Source: a virus (lineage: Duplodnaviria > Caudoviricetes). From it: a stretch of DNA of 50,048 nucleotides. Positions 28,701-36,984 of the stretch are shown here, one piece after another (position 1 is the first letter of the stretch; each line of letters opens with the position of its first letter). The stretch is from positions 1 through 50,048 of the IMG/VR virus record IMGVR_UViG_3300027917_000005. One strand, written 5' to 3'. Both the position numbers and the translations under genes were made by a program. The notes under the pieces were generated by a model. It did not search any database, was not told the DNA's origin, and saw nothing but the letters and a program-made list of their open reading frames with translations.

Positions 28701-31036
28701 TTAAGTTTGCCAAGCAGGTAGTAACTTCTGAGGCTTTGATGAAGGAGCTGGCTGATACATCACTCATTGTCCCAAAGGTTATGGACCCGAACAAGGTGCT
28801 CATGACTTTTGGAGAGTTCATGAGAGGGCTCCCCGGAGATAAGGCTGTCGGACGAATTCTCAAGAATATAGGATCATGGTCTAAGGATGTAAAACCTGGT
28901 ATCCGTCATATCTTCATGAGTCCTTATCAGAAAGCAGAGGAAGCTCTTAATATAGGAAAGTTTCTCATGAACAATCCTGCAGTGTTTAGAGCTTCTTATC
29001 AAGCAGCTGAGTATGTAAACAGGACAAACATGGAGACTATCCTGACTAATATGTTCAGGGAATCTGGTATAGTTGCAGCTCCAAAGGAGGTTGCAAACAG
29101 ATTCAAACACCTGATTCCTTATATGAAGGATCAAGTTATCTTTGAGCATCATACTGCTGAAGTAGCTAGGCTGACACAAGCCTTAGAAGATGTAGGTAAG
29201 GGACATGGAAAGAAGTTGTCTGAGGACATCTTAGCTATAGATAAGGGCAATATTGAGAAGGCCTTAGCCAGTAGTCAAGAAATAGTACAGAAACTTGAGG
29301 GATCAGTTAACGAGTTCCATACGAGATGGGCACAGACTGCTGAGCAAGCAGCCAGAGAGCTTCCCACAGTAAGAGTTTACCTGTCTGTCTGGGATGGTCC
29401 AGAGTTTAAGAAAGCCCCATTTATGAAGAATATTACTCTCAGTACCAATGAGCAGGTACTGGCTGGAAGGCTAAGGAAGCAGCTCCTTGAGTATAAGACA
29501 AGGCTTGATAAGGCAGGTGTTGATACTATTAAAGGCCCCTATATGCCAGTAATCATGCATCCAGAATTCCGAGCAGTCTTTAAGGATATGATCAAGGGAA
29601 TGGATGAGAATACTGTAGCTTATATGAGATTCTTTAGGAGGTCTCCACATTCAAGACCTTTAATGCCTGCATCTGAAACCTCTATGCTATATTATGTTGG
29701 AGATACAGAGAGGCGACTTCAGAATAGTCTCTTCTGGAATGATGGCTGGAACGAAGTAGAGAAGAGAACCTCTCATCTACCTTTGATGGCCCAAGTATTC
29801 AAGGACCTAAGAGATGGCATTAAACCAGTTGATATGTATGGAACTAATAGATTTGCCAACTGGTATGTACAGTTTGAAGCAATGAAGAGGCTATGGGGTA
29901 ACCCTTCAGCAGGAGGGAAGCACTTGATGAAGATGACTGGCACCATGATCAGTGCTGGATTCAAGCAGAGTCTTACACAAGTTCCTAAAGCCTCTAGGCA
30001 TCTTATGAAAAGAGCACTGGACTTGACTGAAACAACTAGGGGCGCTTTAAGTAGAGCAGGAGTCAGTGGGATGAGAAGGCAGGATAAGCTCATTGACTCC
30101 TTTCTACATTCCATGATTCCTGCTCGAAATGCTAGACACAGACTTATAGATATGGGTATCCACGCTGATGAAGAAGTATTCTCTCTATGGAAGAATATGT
30201 GGCATTCTGGTCAAAATATCGGGGCAAGTTGGATCAATATGGCAGAGGTAATAGACAGGGGAGTCTCTTCACTCTCAGGCTTAGAGATGGCTGCAAAGAG
30301 AGGAATGACAGCGGAGCAAGCATACTATGGATCTTGGGATTTGCTAATTAAGAACAACTTCCTATCAAGAGAACTTAATCCTGGGTGGTTAAGAGACCCA
30401 AAGATTAGAGCTCTACTTATGTTCCAGAGCACCCCATACAAGATATTCGAGAGGAGACTTGTCACAGCTATCAGAGGTACCAGGGCCATAAAGAACATGG
30501 GTAAGGCAGTATGGGAAGCTACTAGAACTCCACAGGGCAGGACTGAACTATTAGAAAGTCTTAGGACTCTAAGAGGGACCATGAAGAGTACTGAGCAGCA
30601 GTTTAAGGTAAACCTTATTGCAGATGCTCTAAAGTCTGAGGTTGACTTCTTTGGGACTCCTGTAGTAAATCAGTTTGCAAAGGATATCCTTACAATTGGT
30701 GCTGTAACTATGGGAGGGGCTAGTGCAGGCATGAATCTTAAGCATCATATATTCCACCTTCCATTCCTATCTGGTATGACTTATGATCCAACTGTGGCTT
30801 TCAGCCCCGGCATCCTAGCTGCATGGCGTGCTCATACAGCACATCAGCACAGGGAAGCTGGAGATGATGAGTGGCTGATGACTAGGGTTCTTAAGAAGTG
30901 GCTAGGACCAACTTGGATAGCTCCAGATGTTATATGGAAGGGAAAGAGAATAACTGAGGGAGACATTCCAGAGATGTATAGAGATTCTAAGTTCAAGTAT
31001 CTATTCGCTATACCTCATGTAGAGCGAAAGTTGTAA
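25742..31036 (+). CDS. Large internal virion/DNA ejection protein (~1764 aa)
   Basis: ATG after GGAGGTGA; helical Ala-rich giant ORF at end of structural module; Gly-zipper segment. Confidence 0.65.
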   Translation: MASSAFGVYLGMLMGELQERQKAEAEKVKLLGDPEKSDKLVASFAKVLSPVKRAPAKGKFALETEGLDYVIPSDHPMKGYGLQLREKFTQALADPRYRGERAHKILKGLAEGMYTAKDPTTGESRYTESLRYKHMADTSLFQIGDDERFTKPPLYDQYRTAVKEEFKKAAAKEDWFASPRDIATSAGAFGAITALPLSITGPASGAAGFVTGAVTGALVETLAHPLRKFVHSTEWGQTRMHSDKLLDKAKVLGVDLALELPAVVRGEAVARRLFTIPRLAARQMVASPTAANVLNMSRLTAAAKAGATSEELATMLSGAVKAKYDLGLGVDSFKEALAVLKSGFSPRIGGAADPRRILFKALDRPPLSRPRGTTTGLGPTPEISAEVGMAEEAAYRGQREILDITGSDMTHEQVYKAFSGLDDVGLEEALNNPSGIRVGTLHAADRQSARELVTGVTPTTVAEKVSALRAARVEKTQAKSGVKVLDRMEEEIGKIEAWSERQAEKFPEKAEEIRGRTAELVTKTRELHAQTAAALGEVATPDNAFKVKNLALLIRKREALKDQIRQSVSLQARHREGQMVTLADRAKLGSIQAEVDKLNRYIRSIELELDPASSEVVKRGTGVSAGELDHGNARAALSEVQKEAYDAAVYSLSQGEGGLLKNDPEAVKKLLGRRVTYAGPREAEKLLTSESKKVQEKLAAMYKVDPEKTPAAITKEMEGLSHQEAYDAVDELHERLWTKYFPDRPYTEVPTEAVVEIPEGPLTVKMTGEEVLTKYADTSELYAKMSAKENAALDAAIAVEEKKAIAEGIVSPGERVPGITSLEHYKRIRTGKDLFTEHTGWRPVPAGAKEAEAAAALEGKYLPITRDDAYALVKEIGTKHTAGDIGNEEALHMMIQLDEAIAGSRNISDIDKMLLREGIVTGRDFTGPTAALPTSTGVIISQLKKRISLISFFAALGLSPALFNLFSPREAEAGVISSAAKAVPTAIKFAKQVVTSEALMKELADTSLIVPKVMDPNKVLMTFGEFMRGLPGDKAVGRILKNIGSWSKDVKPGIRHIFMSPYQKAEEALNIGKFLMNNPAVFRASYQAAEYVNRTNMETILTNMFRESGIVAAPKEVANRFKHLIPYMKDQVIFEHHTAEVARLTQALEDVGKGHGKKLSEDILAIDKGNIEKALASSQEIVQKLEGSVNEFHTRWAQTAEQAARELPTVRVYLSVWDGPEFKKAPFMKNITLSTNEQVLAGRLRKQLLEYKTRLDKAGVDTIKGPYMPVIMHPEFRAVFKDMIKGMDENTVAYMRFFRRSPHSRPLMPASETSMLYYVGDTERRLQNSLFWNDGWNEVEKRTSHLPLMAQVFKDLRDGIKPVDMYGTNRFANWYVQFEAMKRLWGNPSAGGKHLMKMTGTMISAGFKQSLTQVPKASRHLMKRALDLTETTRGALSRAGVSGMRRQDKLIDSFLHSMIPARNARHRLIDMGIHADEEVFSLWKNMWHSGQNIGASWINMAEVIDRGVSSLSGLEMAAKRGMTAEQAYYGSWDLLIKNNFLSRELNPGWLRDPKIRALLMFQSTPYKIFERRLVTAIRGTRAIKNMGKAVWEATRTPQGRTELLESLRTLRGTMKSTEQQFKVNLIADALKSEVDFFGTPVVNQFAKDILTIGAVTMGGASAGMNLKHHIFHLPFLSGMTYDPTVAFSPGILAAWRAHTAHQHREAGDDEWLMTRVLKKWLGPTWIAPDVIWKGKRITEGDIPEMYRDSKFKYLFAIPHVERKL

Positions 31037-31040
31037 TCAG

Positions 31041-31061
31041 AAACGTCAATTATTGACATTT
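31041..31061. repeat. Dispersed palindromic site, copy 6 of 9
   Basis: AAACGTCAA-TTA-TTGACATTT. Confidence 0.92.
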
Positions 31062-31079
31062 TAACTGAGGAGGATTCAG

Positions 31080-31403
31080 ATGGCTAACACGATTACTAGA
31101 AGCAAGAACGTGATCAGTCTGAGTGCTATGGACTCTAACTACTTGTGGTCTGAGTCCTTGCCAGGTCACGTGAATGGAGTACCTGTCTTCGCTGTCATGT
31201 TCCGAGCAGGAGGCACCAGTGCTAATACTCTTATCCTGAGGGATGGTGGTACTACTGGTGCAATCTTCCTGAGTGTGACATTGGCTGCTACTGTGACAGA
31301 GACATTCCCGTTGGTGGGAGCAATTCTACGACCGGCTATGTTATACTCGGAGCAGACCTTCACAACAGGCGCCATGTGGAGTTTCCTGTTCGGAAGAAAC
31401 TAG
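31080..31403 (+). CDS. Small beta-rich hypothetical protein
   Basis: GAGGAGG RBS; 107 aa. Confidence 0.6.
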   Translation: MANTITRSKNVISLSAMDSNYLWSESLPGHVNGVPVFAVMFRAGGTSANTLILRDGGTTGAIFLSVTLAATVTETFPLVGAILRPAMLYSEQTFTTGAMWSFLFGRN

Positions 31404-31412
31404 GAGGAATGA

Positions 31413-31805
31413 ATGGAGGAAAGTGAAATGGAGAGAGGGGCATCTCGTCTTGTAGTATCAAAGTGCCCTGCAGAATGTAGAACTGAGTTAAACCACCTAG
31501 CAAAAAGGATAGATAGACTGAGAGACATGGAGAAAACACAGTGGGAAGAGATTGACAAGAGGGTTAAGCTTCCACTGTTTCTCTGGGTTATAGGCGGAGC
31601 CCTGACTATATTACTGAGTCTACTAGCTCTAATATATAACCAGACAAGTGATACTCACAGTGAGGTTGTGGACCTGATGATTCAAACAGAGAGGATGGAA
31701 ACGAAGATCGAGCACAATACTGATATGCTGAGAGATGAGTCTAACAACAGGCATAGGAGCAGAGCTAGTGGTTCCCGTTCTCGAGTTAACCCGGATGGAG
31801 GATAG
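31413..31805 (+). CDS. Single-pass membrane coiled-coil protein (lysis-associated?)
   Basis: TM segment LFLWVIGGALTILLSLLALIY; adjacent to putative lysin. Confidence 0.55.
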   Translation: MEESEMERGASRLVVSKCPAECRTELNHLAKRIDRLRDMEKTQWEEIDKRVKLPLFLWVIGGALTILLSLLALIYNQTSDTHSEVVDLMIQTERMETKIEHNTDMLRDESNNRHRSRASGSRSRVNPDGG

Positions 31806-32172
31806 CCCAGAAGGATGCTTTGGAGTTCTTAGAATCCAGAAGCAGTTGTTCTGTTTAACCCTTGAGCCTCCAGATCAGGCCAATAAACCCTGGACTAGCT
31901 GTATCCCTCCGCAGCAGTATATCTGCTCCACACACAGCAGTGATAGGTTTGGGCAGACGTACGTGGTAGAGGGTGTGCCTGATAGGGAGGCCATTATATT
32001 TCACTGGGGGAATTGGATAACTGATACTAATGGATGTATTCTACTTGGTGATTCCCTCCTCCATGATGCTGGGAGGAGAGGAATCGCCAACAGTAGGAAT
32101 ACTATGAAGAGATTTATGGATACTCTGTCAGGTAGTAAATATGTCCATCTTACTATCTCAACTGGGTATTAG
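31735..32172 (+). CDS. DUF5675-like protein, putative endolysin
   Basis: TLEPP...SCIP...VPDR-x-x-I-x-x-H-x-GN...DT-x-GCILLG. Confidence 0.7.
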   Translation: MSLTTGIGAELVVPVLELTRMEDSPEGCFGVLRIQKQLFCLTLEPPDQANKPWTSCIPPQQYICSTHSSDRFGQTYVVEGVPDREAIIFHWGNWITDTNGCILLGDSLLHDAGRRGIANSRNTMKRFMDTLSGSKYVHLTISTGY

Positions 32173-32178
32173 TACAGC

Positions 32179-33378
32179 TCAGTTCCAGTGATACCAAATT
32201 TCTTGTTTTTTGTTAGTTGGATCAACGTACTTCCTTGTAACATCACCACTTCTGATAAGGGTAGAGATAACGTTATCGAACTTCTTGGCATCTACATCTC
32301 TCCATACCATATGAAGTAGTCTCTTTTCAGAGATAGCCGAATGTCTCTGTATTACATTCCTGACTAAATCAACATCTGCAGTTATATCACTTCTACCAAC
32401 AGCTGTGAATGTCTTCCCCATAAGGGATTCTGCCTCCTCCAGGTAATCTAGGGCACGCTCCAAATCACGAATCTCCACCTTCCTTTCATTGTGTCTACTA
32501 GCAGCTAGGATGGTCCCTAGCTTTATCATGAAAAGAGGCTTCCTAGAGTACCAGCCATTAAAGGCAGGGTCCTTACATATCCTAGTAGGATCACGTTCAT
32601 CATAGCTGTTATAGAATTCAGACCACCATTTTCTGCTTTCCTTGTTAAAGTTATAAGACCCTGCTATTCTAGCAATAACACTGAGATCTTGAATAAGAAG
32701 ATGCTTAAGCTCCCTCATTCTCTGAGTGAGTTCAGGAACATCTACTTTCTTCTCTTTATCATCAGCCCAGATAAATATCATTCTTGTAGTAAGGCCTCCT
32801 CCAATAGCACTACTGGGAAGACAGCTGGCTAAGCTCTCTGGAGTAGTCGCTGCTAATAGGTTAAGAAACACATGAGGTACTACATTAGTTCCAGCGTGTT
32901 TAGTCCTATACTTGAAGGGCCTACTCTTGCAGTCGAACAAATCAGTTAGTGTGACTAGCATCTTAGTATTCTCCTTCTTCTGTCCAAGAAAGCTTTCAAA
33001 CTCCCCAGATAGAATACTAAGTGAGCTATGTCTGAAGACTGTATTGTCAGGCATGAGAGCATCGTCTCCTGCTTCTTCTAAGTCTTCAAGAAGAGCCTGA
33101 GGCGTGATGGCATCTGCAGATATGTTTATACCTGTGACTTCATTGAGAATGTCCTCCCCAAAACTGATTGCCTGAGTCTTGCGAGCAATTCCAGGCTCTG
33201 CAACTAAGACAACGAAAAGATTAGGATACACCCGTATCCTGCCAAAGTGAAAGTGTACCTTTCGCCTCAGAGCTGAGGCTATCATACTTATCCCTACCCA
33301 CTTGTGGAATATAGCAGCACTTTCAGTTTCCTTGGTAAAATTTATATAGCCTCCTAACCAATCAGATAATTGGCGCAT
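32179..33378 (-). CDS. DUF3987-like AAA+ ATPase, putative replicative helicase
   Basis: Divergent P-loop AEPGIARKT, acidic Walker B region, GGGLTTR, C-terminal winged-helix-like segment; near PolA. Confidence 0.65.
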   Translation of the reverse strand: MRQLSDWLGGYINFTKETESAAIFHKWVGISMIASALRRKVHFHFGRIRVYPNLFVVLVAEPGIARKTQAISFGEDILNEVTGINISADAITPQALLEDLEEAGDDALMPDNTVFRHSSLSILSGEFESFLGQKKENTKMLVTLTDLFDCKSRPFKYRTKHAGTNVVPHVFLNLLAATTPESLASCLPSSAIGGGLTTRMIFIWADDKEKKVDVPELTQRMRELKHLLIQDLSVIARIAGSYNFNKESRKWWSEFYNSYDERDPTRICKDPAFNGWYSRKPLFMIKLGTILAASRHNERKVEIRDLERALDYLEEAESLMGKTFTAVGRSDITADVDLVRNVIQRHSAISEKRLLHMVWRDVDAKKFDNVISTLIRSGDVTRKYVDPTNKKQEIWYHWN

Positions 33379-33790
33379 CTCCTATTTGTCCTATCTTATG
33401 TGCTAATTCAACTCCACCATCCCTGACTTCATTGAAGATTACCCGCTTCCCCAGCTCTTTAGCATAGGCTATCTCTGCAGTGACTCCCTCAGATTGTTCC
33501 CATCCTGGAATACACAGTACATAAAGCTCATCACACCATTCTATGAAGCTATTGTTTATGTATCTCCAGAATTTGTAGGTTAGAGGCATTGGAGTATAGG
33601 AAGCAATAGCATGACCATGAGTGATAGGACTAAATACTAGCTTGCCCAAGGAGATCAGTTCTCCAGCAAATCTTGTGGCAAGAGCAAATCTAGATTTGCG
33701 CTCCTGTTCTGTACCTGAATAAGGACAAGCAAGAAATATCTTGCCTCCTGGAGTTTCAGCTATAATATCTTTTAACTTTCCTTCCTTCAT
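33362..33790 (-). CDS. DUF1937-like / nucleoside 2-deoxyribosyltransferase-fold protein
   Basis: IFLACPYS, FSPITHGH, CDELYVL...GW-x-x-S-x-GV-x-x-EI-x-x-A. Confidence 0.75.
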   Translation of the reverse strand: MKEGKLKDIIAETPGGKIFLACPYSGTEQERKSRFALATRFAGELISLGKLVFSPITHGHAIASYTPMPLTYKFWRYINNSFIEWCDELYVLCIPGWEQSEGVTAEIAYAKELGKRVIFNEVRDGGVELAHKIGQIGDAPII

Positions 33791-33969
33791 GACTCTCCTC
33801 CTAATTTGAATATATGCGTAATGCCAGTGTACATAGCATCAAGAACTGCCTCCTCAGCCTTAGTTAGAGAAGGAAGCACCTTCTCTTTATAGCCCCCTAA
33901 CAAGCGCCCTAAAAGGACCAGATCTTGCATTGAGTATTCGACTGTATATACTACCTTAATTACTCTCAT
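33787..33969 (-). CDS. Small hypothetical protein
   Basis: Bridges PolA and DUF1937 genes with overlapping ends. Confidence 0.45.
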   Translation of the reverse strand: MRVIKVVYTVEYSMQDLVLLGRLLGGYKEKVLPSLTKAEEAVLDAMYTGITHIFKLGGES

Positions 33970-36343
33970 AGTTCTGTAGCTCCCCCCAACTAGGTCCAAT
34001 AGCAAAGTCAATATCAATGAAGAACTCCTCTCCGTCTACCTGCAGAGGCACAGTCATAGATTCCTTAAGGAGAGATATAGTTCTGTCAAGTTCCTCTTCC
34101 TTAACAATAGTATAGATAGCATCATGCAACTGCAAGGCTAGATGGATTTCTTCTCCATACTCATTGTAGATAACTACAAGAGATTTATTGAGTAAGTCTC
34201 CAACAGTAGATTGTGGCTTATACGAGTAAGCACTTCTAAATAGATTATCTCCCCACCTTTCCAGGAATCTATGAGGCCTGCCAAGGAGGTTAGTCAACAT
34301 ACGAGTCCTTCGCAGTTCCTCTTGAATTCGCAGATGCCACAGTCGTAGCTGAGGACAAGTATCATGGAACTGTTCCAGCAGCTTCTTAGCCTCTGACATA
34401 GAACAGCCTAGCTTTGCAGACAGTACCCCTGGACCTGCAGAGTAGTTAGTAGCATGACGGATTGCTTTACCTACATCACGCTGAGCCTCAGTTACTCTCT
34501 CCAAAGGAATACCGAAGTTAGTATGGGCGGTGAGCTTATGAATGTCGTAGTTATTCTCTGCTCGCTGAGACTTGGTTAGCCCATAGGATTTCCTGAACAT
34601 CTCCTTCATAGGCTCATCACCTATAAGGAAAGCAACTACAACTGCCTCCGCCTGGACATAGTCAGCCTGAAGAAATAAGTGTCCCTTTGGAGCAGTATAG
34701 ATAGTTCTTGCTGTATACGGAACGTTCTGAAGATTACCACTTCCATAAGGAAGGATGATAGACTGACTAGAACTCCATCTACCAAAGGACTTGTACTGAT
34801 CTTCATCGTCAACAACTAAGCCCTTCTTCTGCCGCTGCATTGTAGCCCCTGTGACATTGTAGCTGGTATGTACTCTTCCCTCTGGAGATACCTCTATATC
34901 AATGAAGCTATTTAACAGTTTAGTAAGCTTCTTAGCCTCCAGTATCTTCTTTAGGAGTGGATTGCTAGTAGTCCTTAATAGCTTAGTCAGCGCCTCTGCG
35001 TCTGCAGTAATCTTTCTATTGTCATACTTAGACTTCCTCCGCTTATACTGAACAGGTAAACTCATATCTATGTACAACAGATTCTGCAGTTGTTTAGGAG
35101 AGTTAATGTTTACTTCCCTCCCGAAGTCCTGAGTAAGCTCCTCATTCAGTTGAGCTATTCTAGTCTTAATATTAGCCTTAATAGTATTCCTCCGACCTAG
35201 ATCCACTTCAACACCCTGGAGTTGTAGCATAGTAGCTGGCCATACCTGAGACATCTCGAACTCATAGGTGTCCCTGACGCTTAGCTTATCAATCTCATTC
35301 TGCATTACTTCCCAGACACCATAGGTATTGGCTGCATCAGCACAGTTGTACAGGGAGGGCATAGTAGCTGCGGTATGTTTCCAGGGAGGGACGTTTAAGC
35401 AGATAGAAGTCATATAGGCAAGGCTGCGAGGAACTTCAGGCCAGCATACATGACCAGCTATCATGGTATCATGTCTGAACTTACGACAGAGGATGCCAAG
35501 GTGATGCCACAGAACTGCAATATCATACAGACCATTGTGAGCTATCACTTCTAGCTTATCCAAGACTTTTGCAAGCCACAACCAGACTTCTCTTTCCTTT
35601 GCTGGATCTAGGCGGGGCTTTTTATTAGACAGGAAGGTAAATGATAAGGCATGATTAGGGTTATCAGCAATCCCAAGAATGTCTATATGACACCCAGGCA
35701 TTACAGTTTCGATGTCTAGAGCTATTGGAGCTTCATGTTCAAAGTAGAGATACTTTAGGTATTCTAAGAACTCTAGCCTGCTGGGATAGGCATTAAGCCT
35801 CCTGCTATCAACAGGCATGGATGGACCTTCAGAATTAATCCTGGCCTTTCTAAGATCCATTATAGCAGTAAAACCTAGCCTCCACTCATAATTTACTTTC
35901 TGAGGGTGATAAGTTGCTATTATTTTTTGGCCAGGAACTAGGGTGCTTTCAGTAATGTACCCCCGCTTGTCTTTGATTCCCTTCTCTCCAGTCAATGCCC
36001 ACAGTGCTGTCCCACCAAGAGCAACAACTATGTTGGGCTTGTAGGTCTCGATCTCTTTCTTGAGGGTTGCAATCCAGTCCTTTAGAATAGGCTTTGGCCT
36101 AGTCATTTTCTTATCTTCGAAGTAAAAGCTTATCTTATTACCAGGAGGTCTCTCCCGAGCCACATTAGCAACAAGACATTCTGCACGGGTTATCTCAGCC
36201 TGCGCCAGCAACTGGTTAAGAGTCTTTCCAGCAGGGGCATTGGGCCGAAAAGGTTTCCCTGTTCTATCTTCTTCTTCTCCAGGAGCCTCTCCGACCAGCA
36301 TTATCTTTGCAGTCAGCGGGCCCTCAGTTCTTACGTAGGTCAT
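33956..36343 (-). CDS. Family A DNA polymerase with N-terminal uracil-DNA glycosylase-like domain and 3'-5' exonuclease
   Basis: UDG motifs GEAPG, RPPGN, TYHP; exo DIET, HNGLYD, YNCAD; pol motifs ADYVQAE, R-x3-K-x7-Y, LHDA. Confidence 0.92.
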   Translation of the reverse strand: MTYVRTEGPLTAKIMLVGEAPGEEEDRTGKPFRPNAPAGKTLNQLLAQAEITRAECLVANVARERPPGNKISFYFEDKKMTRPKPILKDWIATLKKEIETYKPNIVVALGGTALWALTGEKGIKDKRGYITESTLVPGQKIIATYHPQKVNYEWRLGFTAIMDLRKARINSEGPSMPVDSRRLNAYPSRLEFLEYLKYLYFEHEAPIALDIETVMPGCHIDILGIADNPNHALSFTFLSNKKPRLDPAKEREVWLWLAKVLDKLEVIAHNGLYDIAVLWHHLGILCRKFRHDTMIAGHVCWPEVPRSLAYMTSICLNVPPWKHTAATMPSLYNCADAANTYGVWEVMQNEIDKLSVRDTYEFEMSQVWPATMLQLQGVEVDLGRRNTIKANIKTRIAQLNEELTQDFGREVNINSPKQLQNLLYIDMSLPVQYKRRKSKYDNRKITADAEALTKLLRTTSNPLLKKILEAKKLTKLLNSFIDIEVSPEGRVHTSYNVTGATMQRQKKGLVVDDEDQYKSFGRWSSSQSIILPYGSGNLQNVPYTARTIYTAPKGHLFLQADYVQAEAVVVAFLIGDEPMKEMFRKSYGLTKSQRAENNYDIHKLTAHTNFGIPLERVTEAQRDVGKAIRHATNYSAGPGVLSAKLGCSMSEAKKLLEQFHDTCPQLRLWHLRIQEELRRTRMLTNLLGRPHRFLERWGDNLFRSAYSYKPQSTVGDLLNKSLVVIYNEYGEEIHLALQLHDAIYTIVKEEELDRTISLLKESMTVPLQVDGEEFFIDIDFAIGPSWGELQNYESN

Positions 36344-36657
36344 ACTCCCTCCTTATTCCAGAGGCATTTATCTCTTACAACTGGGTCTATCTTTCCGTCA
36401 TATAACCTGCACCATAAGGGCCGATCTTCGTATGACTTGCACCCAAGAGGAGATAGCTCCGGACAGGGATATGGGACCACAACTATAGCTACGCTGTTGT
36501 CCAGTCCTCCTTTCTTAATAGAACAGCCTCTTATTGTATAGAAGTGGATCATTTGATCGTATTCTGGGTTATAGATAGATGGAATCCCAATAACTTTACA
36601 GCACTCCATACATCTAAGGCATAACTCCTGTTTCCGAGAAATGTCAATTTTTGACAT
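36340..36657 (-). CDS. CxxCxxCC (YkgJ-like) metal/Fe-S cluster protein
   Basis: CLRCMECC...CPEL...CKSYEDRPLWCRLY. Confidence 0.8.
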   Translation of the reverse strand: MSKIDISRKQELCLRCMECCKVIGIPSIYNPEYDQMIHFYTIRGCSIKKGGLDNSVAIVVVPYPCPELSPLGCKSYEDRPLWCRLYDGKIDPVVRDKCLWNKEGV

Positions 36658-36659
36658 TT
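36639..36659. repeat. Dispersed palindromic site, copy 7 of 9 (overlaps start codon of the 36340-36657 gene)
   Basis: AAATGTCAA-TTT-TTGACATTT. Confidence 0.9.
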
Positions 36660-36669
36660 TGACTCCGTT

Positions 36670-36984
36670 CTAATGTTTCTGCTCTCCCTCAGGGGCTGCA
36701 CCACTTTGGAAGGCTGGAAGTCCTGAGACATCAAATTCATTTATCTTCTCACAGGTAGAACAGTAGAATCCTAGTGGAACCTGAACTAATGTAGGCCCAC
36801 CAGACACTGCTTGGAGAGGGCTAGCATAATAGACATTAGAGGCCTGGAGGAATAAGGCATTTCCACATTTACAGAGTAAGGGCTTTAGCTGATCTACAGT
36901 TACCCCTGGATTAACACCAGGTGCAATCTGAGGCTTGCCACCAAACAGACTGTGTACCGATCTACCCTTCTTGGGTTTTTGCAT
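36670..36984 (-). CDS. Small zinc-ribbon protein
   Basis: CKCG...CSTC; AAGGAGG RBS. Confidence 0.65.
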   Translation of the reverse strand: MQKPKKGRSVHSLFGGKPQIAPGVNPGVTVDQLKPLLCKCGNALFLQASNVYYASPLQAVSGGPTLVQVPLGFYCSTCEKINEFDVSGLPAFQSGAAPEGEQKH

